From positions 1-64,000 of the forward strand of contig JAZQAZ010000008.1 of the NCBI GenBank assembly GCA_045545475.1: a stretch of 64,000 bases of DNA, written 5' to 3'. This document shows, piece by piece, positions 32,009 to 42,050 of the stretch. Every line of letters begins with the position of its first letter. The stretch's first letter is position 1. The notes under the pieces are model-generated. The model was given only the letters and a program-made list of their open reading frames with translations. It was not told the DNA's origin and searched no databases. This stretch comes from Clostridia bacterium. Its GTDB lineage: Bacteria; Bacillota; Clostridia; CAKSNL01; HGM11501. The position numbers were made by a program, and so were the translations under genes.

Positions 32009-35000
32009 ATGATTAAAAAGATAATTTCAATAATTTCTGCGGTTTTAATGCTTTTAACCATATGCGTGATGGCTCCATCTTTGGCTTCCGGTGCCGTATG
32101 CTATGTGGACAGCGAAGCAAACACCTTTGAATCATTAGCAGAAGCCCTTAAAGCGGGAGGAGAAATCCACCTTTTAAGTGATGCCGAGCTTGATTGCTCA
32201 TCACATTTTTACAACCTCAATGCAAAGCTTTACGGTCACGGTCATACCGTAAAAGTACTTAACGGCGAATGGCACGTTGACTTAAAGTGCAACCTTGCAC
32301 TTTACGATGTGACAATCGACTTAAATCAGAAGAGCATGGTTGTATCGGGTAACACCACCGTTCTTACAATAGGGAAGGGCACAACCATCAAAAACGGTCT
32401 TGCCAACAACGGCGGTGCCGCAATAATGTATGTTCAGAGTAAAATTATAATGGAAGACGGTGCACTAATCACCGATTGTAAGGCAAACTACGGCGGTGGT
32501 GGTATCCACACCCATCAGGGAACCTTTGAAATGAAGGGTGGTAAAATCACCAACTGCACAGGCGGCGGTGTAAACGTTGCGGCAGGAAGCACATTTATCG
32601 TAAGCGGAAATGCAACCGTTACAGGCAATAAAAAATCTGACGGAAGCACTCTTAACGTAAATGTGCAGACGCCTATAAAGGTAACCGGCACTCTTACAGG
32701 AAGAATCGGCGTAACGGTAAAAGCTGACCTTGGAAATCAGTTTGGTGTAATTGAAGGAACTGCATCCGGGCTTAACGCTATTGTAAGCGATACCGATTCC
32801 TCGTTGGTTGGAACACAGAGCGGCACAAACGTGGTGCTTGGAAACGGAAAGGCGTCTACTCCTGTTGAAACACCCGCAGGAAACACAACACCTGCTACAC
32901 CGTCTGTTCCTTCCGCACCTGCGTATACCGGCGAATACGGAAATACATCAGCAAATTCCAAGGGAAATATTTCCTATGACGGAACAGGTTCTGTGTGCTA
33001 TGTGGGAAGCGAATCCAACACCTTTGACAGCCTTAATGATGCTCTTAAAGCAGGAGGAGATGTCCACCTTTTAAGACACGCTGAGCTTGATTGTTCCGCT
33101 AATTTCTACAACCTTAATGCGAAAATTTACGGTCACGGATATTCAATCAGAATAAGCGGAGAATGGCACATCGACTTAAAGTGTAATGTTGCACTTTACG
33201 ATGTGACAATCGACTTAAATCAGAAGAGCATGGTTGTATCCGGTGACACCACCGTGCTTACAATCGGTAAGGGCACAACCATTAAAAACGGTCTTGCCAA
33301 TAACGGCGGTGCCGCAATTATGTATGTTCAGAGTAAAATCATAATGGAAGAAGGCTCACTCATCACCGACTGTGCGGCAAACTACGGCGGTGGCGGCATC
33401 CATACCCATCAGGGAACCTTTGAAATGAAGGGCGGTAAAATTACAAACTGCACAGGTGGCGGTGTAAATGCGGCATCCAGCGGTACATTCATCGTATCCG
33501 GCGGTGCAACCGTAACAGGAAACAAGTCTAAAGACGGCAGTGCCACACTTAATGTAAACGTACAGAATCCCATAAAGGTAACAGGAGCACTTACAGGTAA
33601 AATCGGCGTAACCGTAAAGGCTGACCTGGGAAATCACGTTGGCCTTATTGAAAATTCGGCATCCGGTCTTACTAATATCGTAAGTGATTTAGATGCAAAT
33701 ATGGTAGGCTCTGCTGACGGTACAAAGGTTGTGCTTGTAAAGAAATCCGAAGCTGTGTCAAGCGGTGAAGCCTTCAAGGAATCAGGCGATGCCTGCTATG
33801 CAGGAAGCGAAACTAATACTTTTGCATCTGTTGACGAAGCCATCCGTGCAAAAGCAGGGGATATATACCTTCTTCGCGATGCAAAGCTTGAATGCTATAA
33901 AAACTATTACGGTGCTTCTGCTGCCATCTACGGTAACGGCCACACCTTAAAGCTTGAAGCAAAGTGGAATATCGACCTAGGAAGTGATATTAAGCTTTAT
34001 GATATCACTGTTGACTTAAATCAGAAAAACATCGGCCTTTCCGGTGCAAAGCTCACATTGGGCAAGGGCACAACCCTTAAAAACGGTCTTGCCGATAACG
34101 GCGGTGCAGTTCTTTTATACTCTGCAGGCGAAGGCAAGGAAGCAATTTTAACAATGGAATCAGGCTCCCTTATCACCGACTGTAAGGCAAACTACGGCGG
34201 TGGCGGTGTCCACGCTCATAACGGTATATTTAATATGATGGGCGGCAGTATTAAAAACTGCGTTGGCGGCGGTATCAATGTACCCAAAACATCCAAGGTT
34301 AAAATTTCCGGAGATGCTGAGGTAGTTGACAACAAGGACTCTAAGGGTCAGATATTCAATGTTTCCGCAAAGGAAGATGCATCGGCACTTACCTTTGAAG
34401 GCAAGCTTACAAAGAAAATCGGCGTAACAAATAACCTTTCAGAAGGCGAAAAAATTGCCAATGCAATTAATGTGGAAGGTGCAGAAAACATAACACTTGA
34501 TCCCAAGGGTGCATATATGGCGAAGGCAGACGGGGATAAGCTTGTATGGGTTAAAAATCCCAACTCCACAGCCAAGGCTCCCACGGAAGGCTATGTTCCG
34601 AAGACCGGCTGGACAATTGAAGTTAACTCAAGAAATGAACAGGCATCAAGAATGATTGACGGTGATAAAAACACCTACTGGCACTCCAATTACAGAGCGG
34701 AAGCAGGCTCAATCGTTGAAAAGGACGACCTTCCTTTTATAATCGACGTTACACTTCCCAAGGCGACACTTGTTTCCGGCGTTGAAATTCTTCCCAGACA
34801 GGACTCCAATTCATCCGGTGTACCAACAAGAGTTAAGTATTATGCCGAGCAGGACGGGGAATGGGTACTTCTCTTTGATGCCACATATCCCAGCGGACAC
34901 GGCGTAAAGAGACAGGCTTTTGTAAGAAATATTGAAGTTACAAAATTCAGAATAGAATTCGTTGAAGCTGTGGCAAACTATGGTACACTTGCTGAAATTG

Positions 35001-35923
35001 ACTTCCTTTCAAAGGATGATAAAAAAGAAACAGTTACCGCAAAAGAGCTTGTGGTAATTGAAGAAAAGGAAGCACTTTATCCTCTTGATAAGAGCCAGGC
35101 ATCCGTTTCATACACTTATGACTGGTGGGGCAATAACCATATAGACAAAGTAATTGACGGCGTGGATGCAACCTTCTGGCAGGTTGGTACTGCAAGAGTG
35201 CCTAATGACTTTGAATTCACAGTTGACCTTGGCGAAGTTAAGAAAATGTCTGCAATTTCATACTTCCCCAGACAGTCTGCAGACATGGACGGTTACTGGG
35301 TTGAATACTCCGTAATGACAAGTATCGATGGCGTTGATTTCATAATTGATGTTGATCACGCAAGAATTGAGGAAAGCGAAAGACATTTCGGCCGTCATTA
35401 CAGCTATTTTGAAGAGCCTATAGAAGCCCGTTATGTAAAGTTCTTTATCCATAAGGGTAAAGGAAATATCGCATCCTGCGGTGAGGTTGACTTCTACGAA
35501 AATTATGAAATCCGTAAGGAGAGACTTGAAGCAGAAGCCGAGGAATACAAACTTGTAATAGGAAGTACGGAGATTACTCATAAGGGCGGAACTGCAAACC
35601 TTGACGTTGCACCTTATATCGAAAATGGAACAACCTTTATTCCTTTGAGAGGATTGCTCGAACTCATGGGTGCTGAAATTGCCTGGGATGGAGAAGTTCA
35701 GGGTGTAACAATCAAGAAGGGCGATACGGAAATTTATCTCCAGATACGCTATAAAAATGTATATGTAACGACTACAAAAAACGGAAAGCTTATGTATACG
35801 CTCCTCGCACCACCCAGAATTACGGATAATCGCACATTTGTTCCGATACGTTTTATTTCAGAACATTTAGGATACAATGTTTCGTGGGACGGTGCTACAC
35901 AGACAGTTACAATAACAAAATAA
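32009..35923 (+). CDS. Large secreted protein: three ~250 aa beta-helix-like repeats + two F5/8 type C (CBM32-like) domains + stalk domain
   Basis: Signal peptide; three GGA/GGG-rich repeats; IDGDKNTYWHS...LPRQ and IDG...TFWQ...YFPRQ; APYIENGTTFIPLR, RTFVPIRFISE.LGY.V.WD. Confidence 0.8.
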   Translation: MIKKIISIISAVLMLLTICVMAPSLASGAVCYVDSEANTFESLAEALKAGGEIHLLSDAELDCSSHFYNLNAKLYGHGHTVKVLNGEWHVDLKCNLALYDVTIDLNQKSMVVSGNTTVLTIGKGTTIKNGLANNGGAAIMYVQSKIIMEDGALITDCKANYGGGGIHTHQGTFEMKGGKITNCTGGGVNVAAGSTFIVSGNATVTGNKKSDGSTLNVNVQTPIKVTGTLTGRIGVTVKADLGNQFGVIEGTASGLNAIVSDTDSSLVGTQSGTNVVLGNGKASTPVETPAGNTTPATPSVPSAPAYTGEYGNTSANSKGNISYDGTGSVCYVGSESNTFDSLNDALKAGGDVHLLRHAELDCSANFYNLNAKIYGHGYSIRISGEWHIDLKCNVALYDVTIDLNQKSMVVSGDTTVLTIGKGTTIKNGLANNGGAAIMYVQSKIIMEEGSLITDCAANYGGGGIHTHQGTFEMKGGKITNCTGGGVNAASSGTFIVSGGATVTGNKSKDGSATLNVNVQNPIKVTGALTGKIGVTVKADLGNHVGLIENSASGLTNIVSDLDANMVGSADGTKVVLVKKSEAVSSGEAFKESGDACYAGSETNTFASVDEAIRAKAGDIYLLRDAKLECYKNYYGASAAIYGNGHTLKLEAKWNIDLGSDIKLYDITVDLNQKNIGLSGAKLTLGKGTTLKNGLADNGGAVLLYSAGEGKEAILTMESGSLITDCKANYGGGGVHAHNGIFNMMGGSIKNCVGGGINVPKTSKVKISGDAEVVDNKDSKGQIFNVSAKEDASALTFEGKLTKKIGVTNNLSEGEKIANAINVEGAENITLDPKGAYMAKADGDKLVWVKNPNSTAKAPTEGYVPKTGWTIEVNSRNEQASRMIDGDKNTYWHSNYRAEAGSIVEKDDLPFIIDVTLPKATLVSGVEILPRQDSNSSGVPTRVKYYAEQDGEWVLLFDATYPSGHGVKRQAFVRNIEVTKFRIEFVEAVANYGTLAEIDFLSKDDKKETVTAKELVVIEEKEALYPLDKSQASVSYTYDWWGNNHIDKVIDGVDATFWQVGTARVPNDFEFTVDLGEVKKMSAISYFPRQSADMDGYWVEYSVMTSIDGVDFIIDVDHARIEESERHFGRHYSYFEEPIEARYVKFFIHKGKGNIASCGEVDFYENYEIRKERLEAEAEEYKLVIGSTEITHKGGTANLDVAPYIENGTTFIPLRGLLELMGAEIAWDGEVQGVTIKKGDTEIYLQIRYKNVYVTTTKNGKLMYTLLAPPRITDNRTFVPIRFISEHLGYNVSWDGATQTVTITK
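32090..34555 (+). repeat. Intragenic triplication of a ~750 bp module
   Basis: Units start near 32090, 32987 and 33785; units 1 and 2 share long identical DNA runs (e.g. GCACTTTACGATGTGACAATCGACTTAAATCAGAAGAGCATGGTTGTATC). Confidence 0.85.
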
Positions 35924-35971
35924 ATATAAAGAAGCTGCGGATAACCGTGGCTTCTTTTTTGCAAAAATATA

Positions 35972-36000
35972 TTGTCAAACTGTGAAAAAAATAGTATAAT
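35972..36000 (+). promoter_or_regulatory. SigA-type promoter of the SPFH gene
   Basis: TTGTCA-17 bp-TATAAT, following a terminator hairpin. Confidence 0.65.
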
Positions 36001-36039
36001 TATCTACTGAGTTGTATACTTGGAAAGGAGATAGAGATT

Positions 36040-37347
36040 ATGGGATTGTTAAAAGCAGGTATCGGAGCACTCGGAGGAGTTTTGGCTGACTCCTGGAGAG
36101 ATTATTTTTATTGCGAAAGTATGGACGCTGATGTTCTTGTGCAAAAGGGCGAAAAGAAGGCGGGGGGCAGAAGCTCTAATAAAAAAGGAACAGATAATAT
36201 TATTTCAAACGGCTCGATTATTAATGTAAACGAAGGTCAGTGCATGATTATCGTAGAATCCGGCAAAGTTGTTGAAGTTTGTGCAGAGGCGGGCGAGTTT
36301 GTCTATGATACTGGAACGGAGCCCAGCGTTTTTTACGGAAACCTTGGCGAAAACATTAAAAAGAGCTTTGCTGAAATAGGTAAGAGATTTACCTTCGGTG
36401 GTGAGCCTGCGAAGGATCAGAGGATTTACTTTTTCAATACCAAGGAAATTATGGGAAATAAGTACGGAACACCATCGCCGATTCCTTTCAGAATTATGGA
36501 TCAGGCAATAGGATTTCCTCTTGATATAAAAATCCGTTGTCATGGAGAATATTCTTATAAAATTACAAATCCCTTGCTCTTCTACACCAATGTCTGTGCC
36601 AATGTGAAAGACTGCTTTACAAGAGATGAAATTGACGGACAGCATAAGTCAGAATTACTTACAGCACTTCAGCCTGCTCTTTTCAAAATATCACAGAATA
36701 ACATTTATTATGCGGCAATTCCGGCTTATACAATGCAATTGTCCGGAGAACTCAATGAACTTTTGTCATCCAAATGGAGAGACAGACGAGGCGTTGAAAT
36801 AGTTGAATTCGGAGTGTCAGGAGTAAATGCTACAGAAGAAGATGAAGCAAGGATTACAGAGTATCAGAGATCTACTGCTATGGGAAGAAATGCTGATATG
36901 CTGAGAGGCCATATGGCAGGAGCAACCGCTCAGGCAATGAATACTGCTGCAGCAAATGAAAACGGAGCCATGACAGGTTTTATGGGAATGGGAATGGCAC
37001 AAAATGCCATGGGTAATATGGCAGGCTTTGCACAGGGGAATCAGACAAATCAGCCCACAATGAATGAGCAGCCTGTTAATAATGGATGGACTTGCTCCTG
37101 CGGTAAAATAAGTACCGGCAAATTCTGTCAGGATTGCGGAAAGCCTCAGCCGTCTCAGGTTATCGGATGGACTTGCGCATGCGGTGAAACGAATCAAGGA
37201 AAGTTTTGCCAGGAATGTGGGAAACCGAAGCCTGCAGGTGCTCCTTTATACAAGTGCGATAAATGCGGATGGATTCCGGCTGATCCTACGAATCCTCCTA
37301 AGTTTTGTCCTGAATGTGGAGACATCTTTGACGAAAACGATAAATAA
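36040..37347 (+). CDS. SPFH (band 7-like) domain protein with C-terminal zinc ribbons
   Basis: NIISNGS.I.V.EGQCM, RFTFGG...KDQR, G.GMAQ linker, W.C.CG..N/S.GKFC..CG x2, C.KCG...PKFCPECG. Confidence 0.85.
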   Translation: MGLLKAGIGALGGVLADSWRDYFYCESMDADVLVQKGEKKAGGRSSNKKGTDNIISNGSIINVNEGQCMIIVESGKVVEVCAEAGEFVYDTGTEPSVFYGNLGENIKKSFAEIGKRFTFGGEPAKDQRIYFFNTKEIMGNKYGTPSPIPFRIMDQAIGFPLDIKIRCHGEYSYKITNPLLFYTNVCANVKDCFTRDEIDGQHKSELLTALQPALFKISQNNIYYAAIPAYTMQLSGELNELLSSKWRDRRGVEIVEFGVSGVNATEEDEARITEYQRSTAMGRNADMLRGHMAGATAQAMNTAAANENGAMTGFMGMGMAQNAMGNMAGFAQGNQTNQPTMNEQPVNNGWTCSCGKISTGKFCQDCGKPQPSQVIGWTCACGETNQGKFCQECGKPKPAGAPLYKCDKCGWIPADPTNPPKFCPECGDIFDENDK

Positions 37348-37408
37348 GGTAAATAAAAGCACCCAATGGGTGCTTTTATAATAATAAATACCGCCGAACG
37401 GCGGTATT

Positions 37409-38248
37409 TTATTTTATTGATTCCTTTCTGTATTTAAGCGGTGATTTTCCGGTTTTCTCCTTGAATATTTTACCAAAATAGGAAACGCCGGAAAAACCGG
37501 TCATTTGAGAAATATTCACTATTGATAAATCGGTTGATAAAAGTAATTGTTCAGCTTTTTTTACTCGCTTATCATTTATATAATCTTTTACTGTGGTTTT
37601 ATAGTTTTCGTGAAACAAGTTATAAAGTACACTTTTTGAAATATTTGTATGGACTGAAATTCCCTGAACAGTCAAGTTTGTTCCAAGGTTTTCGTCGATA
37701 TATGAATTAATCATGGATAGTCTTTCGTCGGTTTTTAAAGTGAGAGTTTTTTCAAGAAGAATGTGTTTTGCTATAATTTCTGCAATACGTGATATGCTTT
37801 CTATTCTGTTTATGTCCGATGGAGGTATTTCGTTAAAGAGCATTTCGGCAACGGCCGGGTTTATACCAAGGCATGCAATATGATTTTTTACGTCTGAGAA
37901 AGAAGTATCACAGCGAATCTGGCCAAACATAATGTATCCTATGACGGTATCCTCAAAAATTATGGGAACTGCAACATCGATTAATCCTGCATGGCAAACA
38001 TGCGGAACCGACACTTTCTTTTCACAGCATTCTTTTAAAATATATTTATCAGACCTAAGACACATTTTTTTGCCGTTTTTTGTTCCCTGAATGGCTTTAC
38101 AGTATAAGTTTTTTTCCCAGTGGAATCTGTCGGTCAAAGGCGTGAAGTCACTCTTTAACAGAACCATATTAATTCCTGTGGCGTTATAAAAGTCGTTAAG
38201 AATTTTATTGGCTTTTTCATAATCGTAATTAATAATCATATATATCAC
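37409..38248 (-). CDS. PocR ligand-binding + AraC HTH regulator
   Basis: DFYNATGI, C..SD, CHAGLIDVAVPI...GYIMFGQ; C-terminal GFS..SYF.KIFK..TG.SP. Confidence 0.9.
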   Translation of the reverse strand: MIYMIINYDYEKANKILNDFYNATGINMVLLKSDFTPLTDRFHWEKNLYCKAIQGTKNGKKMCLRSDKYILKECCEKKVSVPHVCHAGLIDVAVPIIFEDTVIGYIMFGQIRCDTSFSDVKNHIACLGINPAVAEMLFNEIPPSDINRIESISRIAEIIAKHILLEKTLTLKTDERLSMINSYIDENLGTNLTVQGISVHTNISKSVLYNLFHENYKTTVKDYINDKRVKKAEQLLLSTDLSIVNISQMTGFSGVSYFGKIFKEKTGKSPLKYRKESIK

Positions 38249-38390
38249 CGTTTCCGTTATATCATACTAAAGTGCTTTTGTCAATAAATTATCTAGAAAA
38301 GGAATTTAGTTATAAAATTCGGGAAATATACATCTTTTTTTAGCATAAACACTGTGTTAATATGCAGGTAAAAGAAAAGGAGGAATAAAT

Positions 38391-39698
38391 ATGGGTAAAG
38401 CAACGGATTTCCGTTATAACACCGGAGATACAAATGTACCGTGGGCGGCGGTAGGTGAAAATTATAATGCAGAGGATTTAATGGAAATAATAAAGTTCCT
38501 CATGCAAGGAGAAGGAAAAGAATATGAGGAAGCAATTACGGCAATAAAGGATCAGATTGAAAAGCTGGATAAAATTTCCACACCTCCGGGGAAGCTTTCA
38601 CTGGGAAGTAAGGTCGAAGAAGCAGAGAAGAAGTGTAACGAATATCTTGGGACCGAAAGTTCCACTTTTGTTACCAATGCAACGGCGGGATTTGAAATTG
38701 CATATAAATATGCGAATCTTAAAGAAGGGGATGAGGTTATTGTTCCGGCAATAACTTTTGTTGCAACTATGGCATATCCTCTGGCGGTGGGAGCAAAACT
38801 GGTTTTTGCAGATGTTGATCCTGTTACTATCAATATGAATCCTGATGACGTTGCAAGAAAAATTACCGATAAGACAAAAATGATAGTTCCTGTGCATATA
38901 GGAGGCTATCCTGTGGATATGGAGCCTATAATGAAACTTGCAAAAGAACGCAATATTTTAGTGCTTGAGGATGCCGCACATGCATTCGGTGCAATGTATA
39001 AAGGTAAGATGGTGGGCACCATCGGAGATTTTGCGGCTTTTTCCATGCACGAGGTGAAAAATATCACTTCGTTCGGTGAGGGAGGTATTCTTACAACCAC
39101 CGTTCCCGGCTTTGAAAATGAAATGAAGCGTGCAAGATTTTTAGGACTTGATTTTACCTGTCCCATAAAGGATTGGCTTTATAATATTACTCCGATTAAG
39201 GGAAAGGAACATCCTTTTGTTCCGGGAAATGCATCAACTACGGAAATTCAGGGCCTTGGATTGACACTTCAGATTGCAAGAAATGAGGCGATTATTGCAG
39301 AAAGAAAGGCGGCAGCGGAATACCTTAATAAGCGTTTTTCAGAAAATGATGCAATAATTCCGCAGGATTTGGGAAATGCTGAAATTAAGCCTACCTTCCA
39401 TCTTTATCTTTTACAAATAGATCCGGAAAAAGCAGGAGGAGATGTTCAAAAGTTAAAGAAAAAGCTTGCTGAAAAAGGCGTTACCCAGATTGCACATTTC
39501 GGCCCCTTATACCGCTTTAAGATTGTTCAGGACATGGGATATGATTCTGATGAAATTGCAAAAACATGCCCTGTATGTGAAGAGGTATTTTATAAGAGAT
39601 ATACTCATCTGCCGCTTTACGGACTCTCGGAAGAGCAGCTTAAATATATGGCTGATGCTGTTTTATCTTCTGTTTCTGAAATGCAGAAAGGCGATTAA
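38391..39698 (+). CDS. DegT/DnrJ/EryC1/StrS family PLP-dependent aminotransferase
   Basis: GDEVIVPAITFVAT, PVHIGG, EDAAHAFGA, SMHEVKNITSFGEGG. Confidence 0.9.
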   Translation: MGKATDFRYNTGDTNVPWAAVGENYNAEDLMEIIKFLMQGEGKEYEEAITAIKDQIEKLDKISTPPGKLSLGSKVEEAEKKCNEYLGTESSTFVTNATAGFEIAYKYANLKEGDEVIVPAITFVATMAYPLAVGAKLVFADVDPVTINMNPDDVARKITDKTKMIVPVHIGGYPVDMEPIMKLAKERNILVLEDAAHAFGAMYKGKMVGTIGDFAAFSMHEVKNITSFGEGGILTTTVPGFENEMKRARFLGLDFTCPIKDWLYNITPIKGKEHPFVPGNASTTEIQGLGLTLQIARNEAIIAERKAAAEYLNKRFSENDAIIPQDLGNAEIKPTFHLYLLQIDPEKAGGDVQKLKKKLAEKGVTQIAHFGPLYRFKIVQDMGYDSDEIAKTCPVCEEVFYKRYTHLPLYGLSEEQLKYMADAVLSSVSEMQKGD

Positions 39699-39867
39699 AT
39701 CAAAACAAGCTCATCCGCTTCGGATGAGTTTGTTTTTTTATTATGTATACTTGACTTTGATGATTAGATATGGTATCATTTTTTAATAAACAGAAATATA
39801 AAATTAGCGGAATTTATGTTGATTTAAGAAAGTGTTTATTGCGTTATAAGACAGAAGGAGGAATAAT

Positions 39868-40158
39868 ATGTATAAACCAAATCCTATAGATACAAGCGAT
39901 ATAGTAATTCCTGAGGGATTAATGGAGTTAACTGAAAAAATCGCTGAAAATGTTCACGAGAACTGGGCCGCAGGCAGAATTGCCGAAGGGTGGACTTATG
40001 GAGAAAAAAGAGACGATAATAAGAAAACCACACCATGTCTCGTGCCTTATTCTGAATTGTCGGAATCGGAAAAAGAATATGATAGAAATACGGCTATTCA
40101 GACAATAAAGTTGATTGTTGCTTTGGGATATAAATTAGAAAAAGAAAGTGATATATAA
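39868..40158 (+). CDS. Stand-alone RyR (ryanodine receptor repeat) domain protein
   Basis: YKPNPIDTS, EKIAENVHENWA..RI.EGW.YG, P.LVPY..L...EK.YDR. Confidence 0.9.
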   Translation: MYKPNPIDTSDIVIPEGLMELTEKIAENVHENWAAGRIAEGWTYGEKRDDNKKTTPCLVPYSELSESEKEYDRNTAIQTIKLIVALGYKLEKESDI

Positions 40159-40183
40159 ATAAAGTTTGCTTGGGGGATGAAAA

Positions 40184-41080
40184 ATGGGGATTGAGAGTTG
40201 GCTTTTGATTGTCGCTGCAATTGCACCGGCAGTAGTTTTAGGCGGATATATTTTTAAGAAAGACAGGGTAGAAAAAGAACCTTTAAGCCTTTTGGCTTTG
40301 ATTTTTGCCATGGGCGTTTTCTCTTGCTTTCCCGCAATAATACTTGAAGAAATCGGAGAAGGATTGATTCTCGGGTTTATGGGAGACAGTATTAAAGTTA
40401 CAGAAGATGGTATTTACAGCATCGGAACAGGGGCATATTATATATACCAGGCACTGACTGCCTTTTTGGGAGTTGCTCTTATAGAAGAATTTTGCAAATG
40501 GTTTGCGATGAAAGGTGTTACGGCCAAACATAAAGAATTTGATAATATTTTTGATGGTGTTGTATATGGTGCTTTTGCGGCGTTGGGATTTGCTACTCTG
40601 GAAAATATATTGTATGTGCTTAATTACGGTTGGGGTACAGCTTTTACCAGAGCGTTTCTTTCCGTTCCGGGACACTTATCGTATGGAGTTATAATGGGAT
40701 ATTACTATAGCTTGTGGAAAATAGCTGAAAAAGCTAATTCACTGGAAAAGAATCTTAAAATCCAAGGAAAAATTCCTATGTATGCCAAAGAAATTTCGTA
40801 TAAGAAATTTGCATGGCTTAGTGTAATAGTGCCGACATTTTATCACGGAGCATACGATTTATGCTGTTTTTTGGGAAACGAAGCGGCAACATATACTATG
40901 GTTGGACTTGTAATATTCTTATACATATATTGTTTTGGGAAAATCAAAAAGATGTCGAGGGCAGACGGCTCAATAAGGAATTATTATATCAATGTAATAT
41001 TGGAAAAATATCCCGGACTTTCTGCTGATGTGGAAGCATCAGATAAAGAGATTTTGCGGGAAATCATTGAAAAGGCGTAA
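40184..41080 (+). CDS. PrsW family intramembrane metalloprotease
   Basis: D..EKEP, EEFCK, DGVVY, GFATLEN, RA.LSVPGH, HG.YD. Confidence 0.9.
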   Translation: MGIESWLLIVAAIAPAVVLGGYIFKKDRVEKEPLSLLALIFAMGVFSCFPAIILEEIGEGLILGFMGDSIKVTEDGIYSIGTGAYYIYQALTAFLGVALIEEFCKWFAMKGVTAKHKEFDNIFDGVVYGAFAALGFATLENILYVLNYGWGTAFTRAFLSVPGHLSYGVIMGYYYSLWKIAEKANSLEKNLKIQGKIPMYAKEISYKKFAWLSVIVPTFYHGAYDLCCFLGNEAATYTMVGLVIFLYIYCFGKIKKMSRADGSIRNYYINVILEKYPGLSADVEASDKEILREIIEKA

Positions 41081-41097
41081 TGCCGGGAGGATTGCAA

Positions 41098-41937
41098 GTG
41101 AAATTTGCGAAAAGATTTTCTGTTATGACCTTGGGCTGTATACTTCTGGCTCTCGGAGTATATTTCTTTAAGATACCAAACGGTTTTGCAACAGGAGGAG
41201 TAACGGGTATTGCAACTGTTCTTGCGAAAATTATTCCTGTTTCGCCGGCTGTGCTTATCTGGGGCTTTAACATTATTTTAATGATTGTAGGATTTGTCTT
41301 TTTGGGAAAAGAGAGTGGTTTTAAAACGGTTTATTGCTCCATGCTTTACTCTGCAATAACCTATCTTCTTGAACTTATCGTTCCGTTAAATGCTCCGCTT
41401 ACGGATCAGCCGTTTCTTGAACTGTTTTACGCCATGATTCTTACATCCGTCGGATCCGCGATGATTTTTAATGCAGATGCATCAAGTGGCGGAACTGACA
41501 TTGTGGCTCTGATACTAAAAAAATATACTTCGATAGATGTCGGAAAAGCTTTGCTGATAGTTGACTTTTTTGTAGCGGCAAGTTCGTTTGCAGTTTTTGG
41601 AATAAAAACAGGATTATATTCTCTCTTGGGACTTTTTGCAAAAGCGTTCATTGTGGATGCTGTAATAGAAAACCTTAATACGTGTAAGTATTTTGTCGTA
41701 ATAACTGCAAAAAGAGAAGAAATTGCAGAATTTATTATAAAAGAACTTCATCACGGTGCAACGGTAAATACTGTTATCGGCGAATACACAAAAGAAGAAA
41801 AGTCCATGATACATACTGTATGTAAAAGAAGCGAAGCAATTAAACTTAGAAATCGCATAAGGGAAATTGATCCTCATGCATTTATGATAATTACAACCAG
41901 CAGTGAAATAATCGGAAGAGGCTTTAAGAGCGTCTGA
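41098..41937 (+). CDS. YitT family membrane protein
   Basis: GGVTGIA, SSGGTDIVALI, IDP.AF, I.GRGF; GTG start after GGAGG. Confidence 0.88.
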   Translation: MKFAKRFSVMTLGCILLALGVYFFKIPNGFATGGVTGIATVLAKIIPVSPAVLIWGFNIILMIVGFVFLGKESGFKTVYCSMLYSAITYLLELIVPLNAPLTDQPFLELFYAMILTSVGSAMIFNADASSGGTDIVALILKKYTSIDVGKALLIVDFFVAASSFAVFGIKTGLYSLLGLFAKAFIVDAVIENLNTCKYFVVITAKREEIAEFIIKELHHGATVNTVIGEYTKEEKSMIHTVCKRSEAIKLRNRIREIDPHAFMIITTSSEIIGRGFKSV

Positions 41938-41940
41938 GAT

Positions 41941-41967
41941 AAAAAAGCATGCATCGCATGCTTTTTT
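41941..41967 (+). terminator. Terminator after the yitT-like gene
   Basis: AAAAAAGCATGC-ATC-GCATGCTTTTTT. Confidence 0.75.
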
Positions 41968-42050
41968 TATTTATGGGAAAGCAAAATTTGCAAAAAGAAG
42001 GGTTGAAAAACCTTGGACTTAATGATAATATATAAAAAAAGAATAATGAT

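Noticed and set aside
36040-37347. Prophage gene (the family is sometimes labelled virion core protein)
   Set aside because: No phage genes nearby; ordinary chromosomal context with its own promoter and terminator
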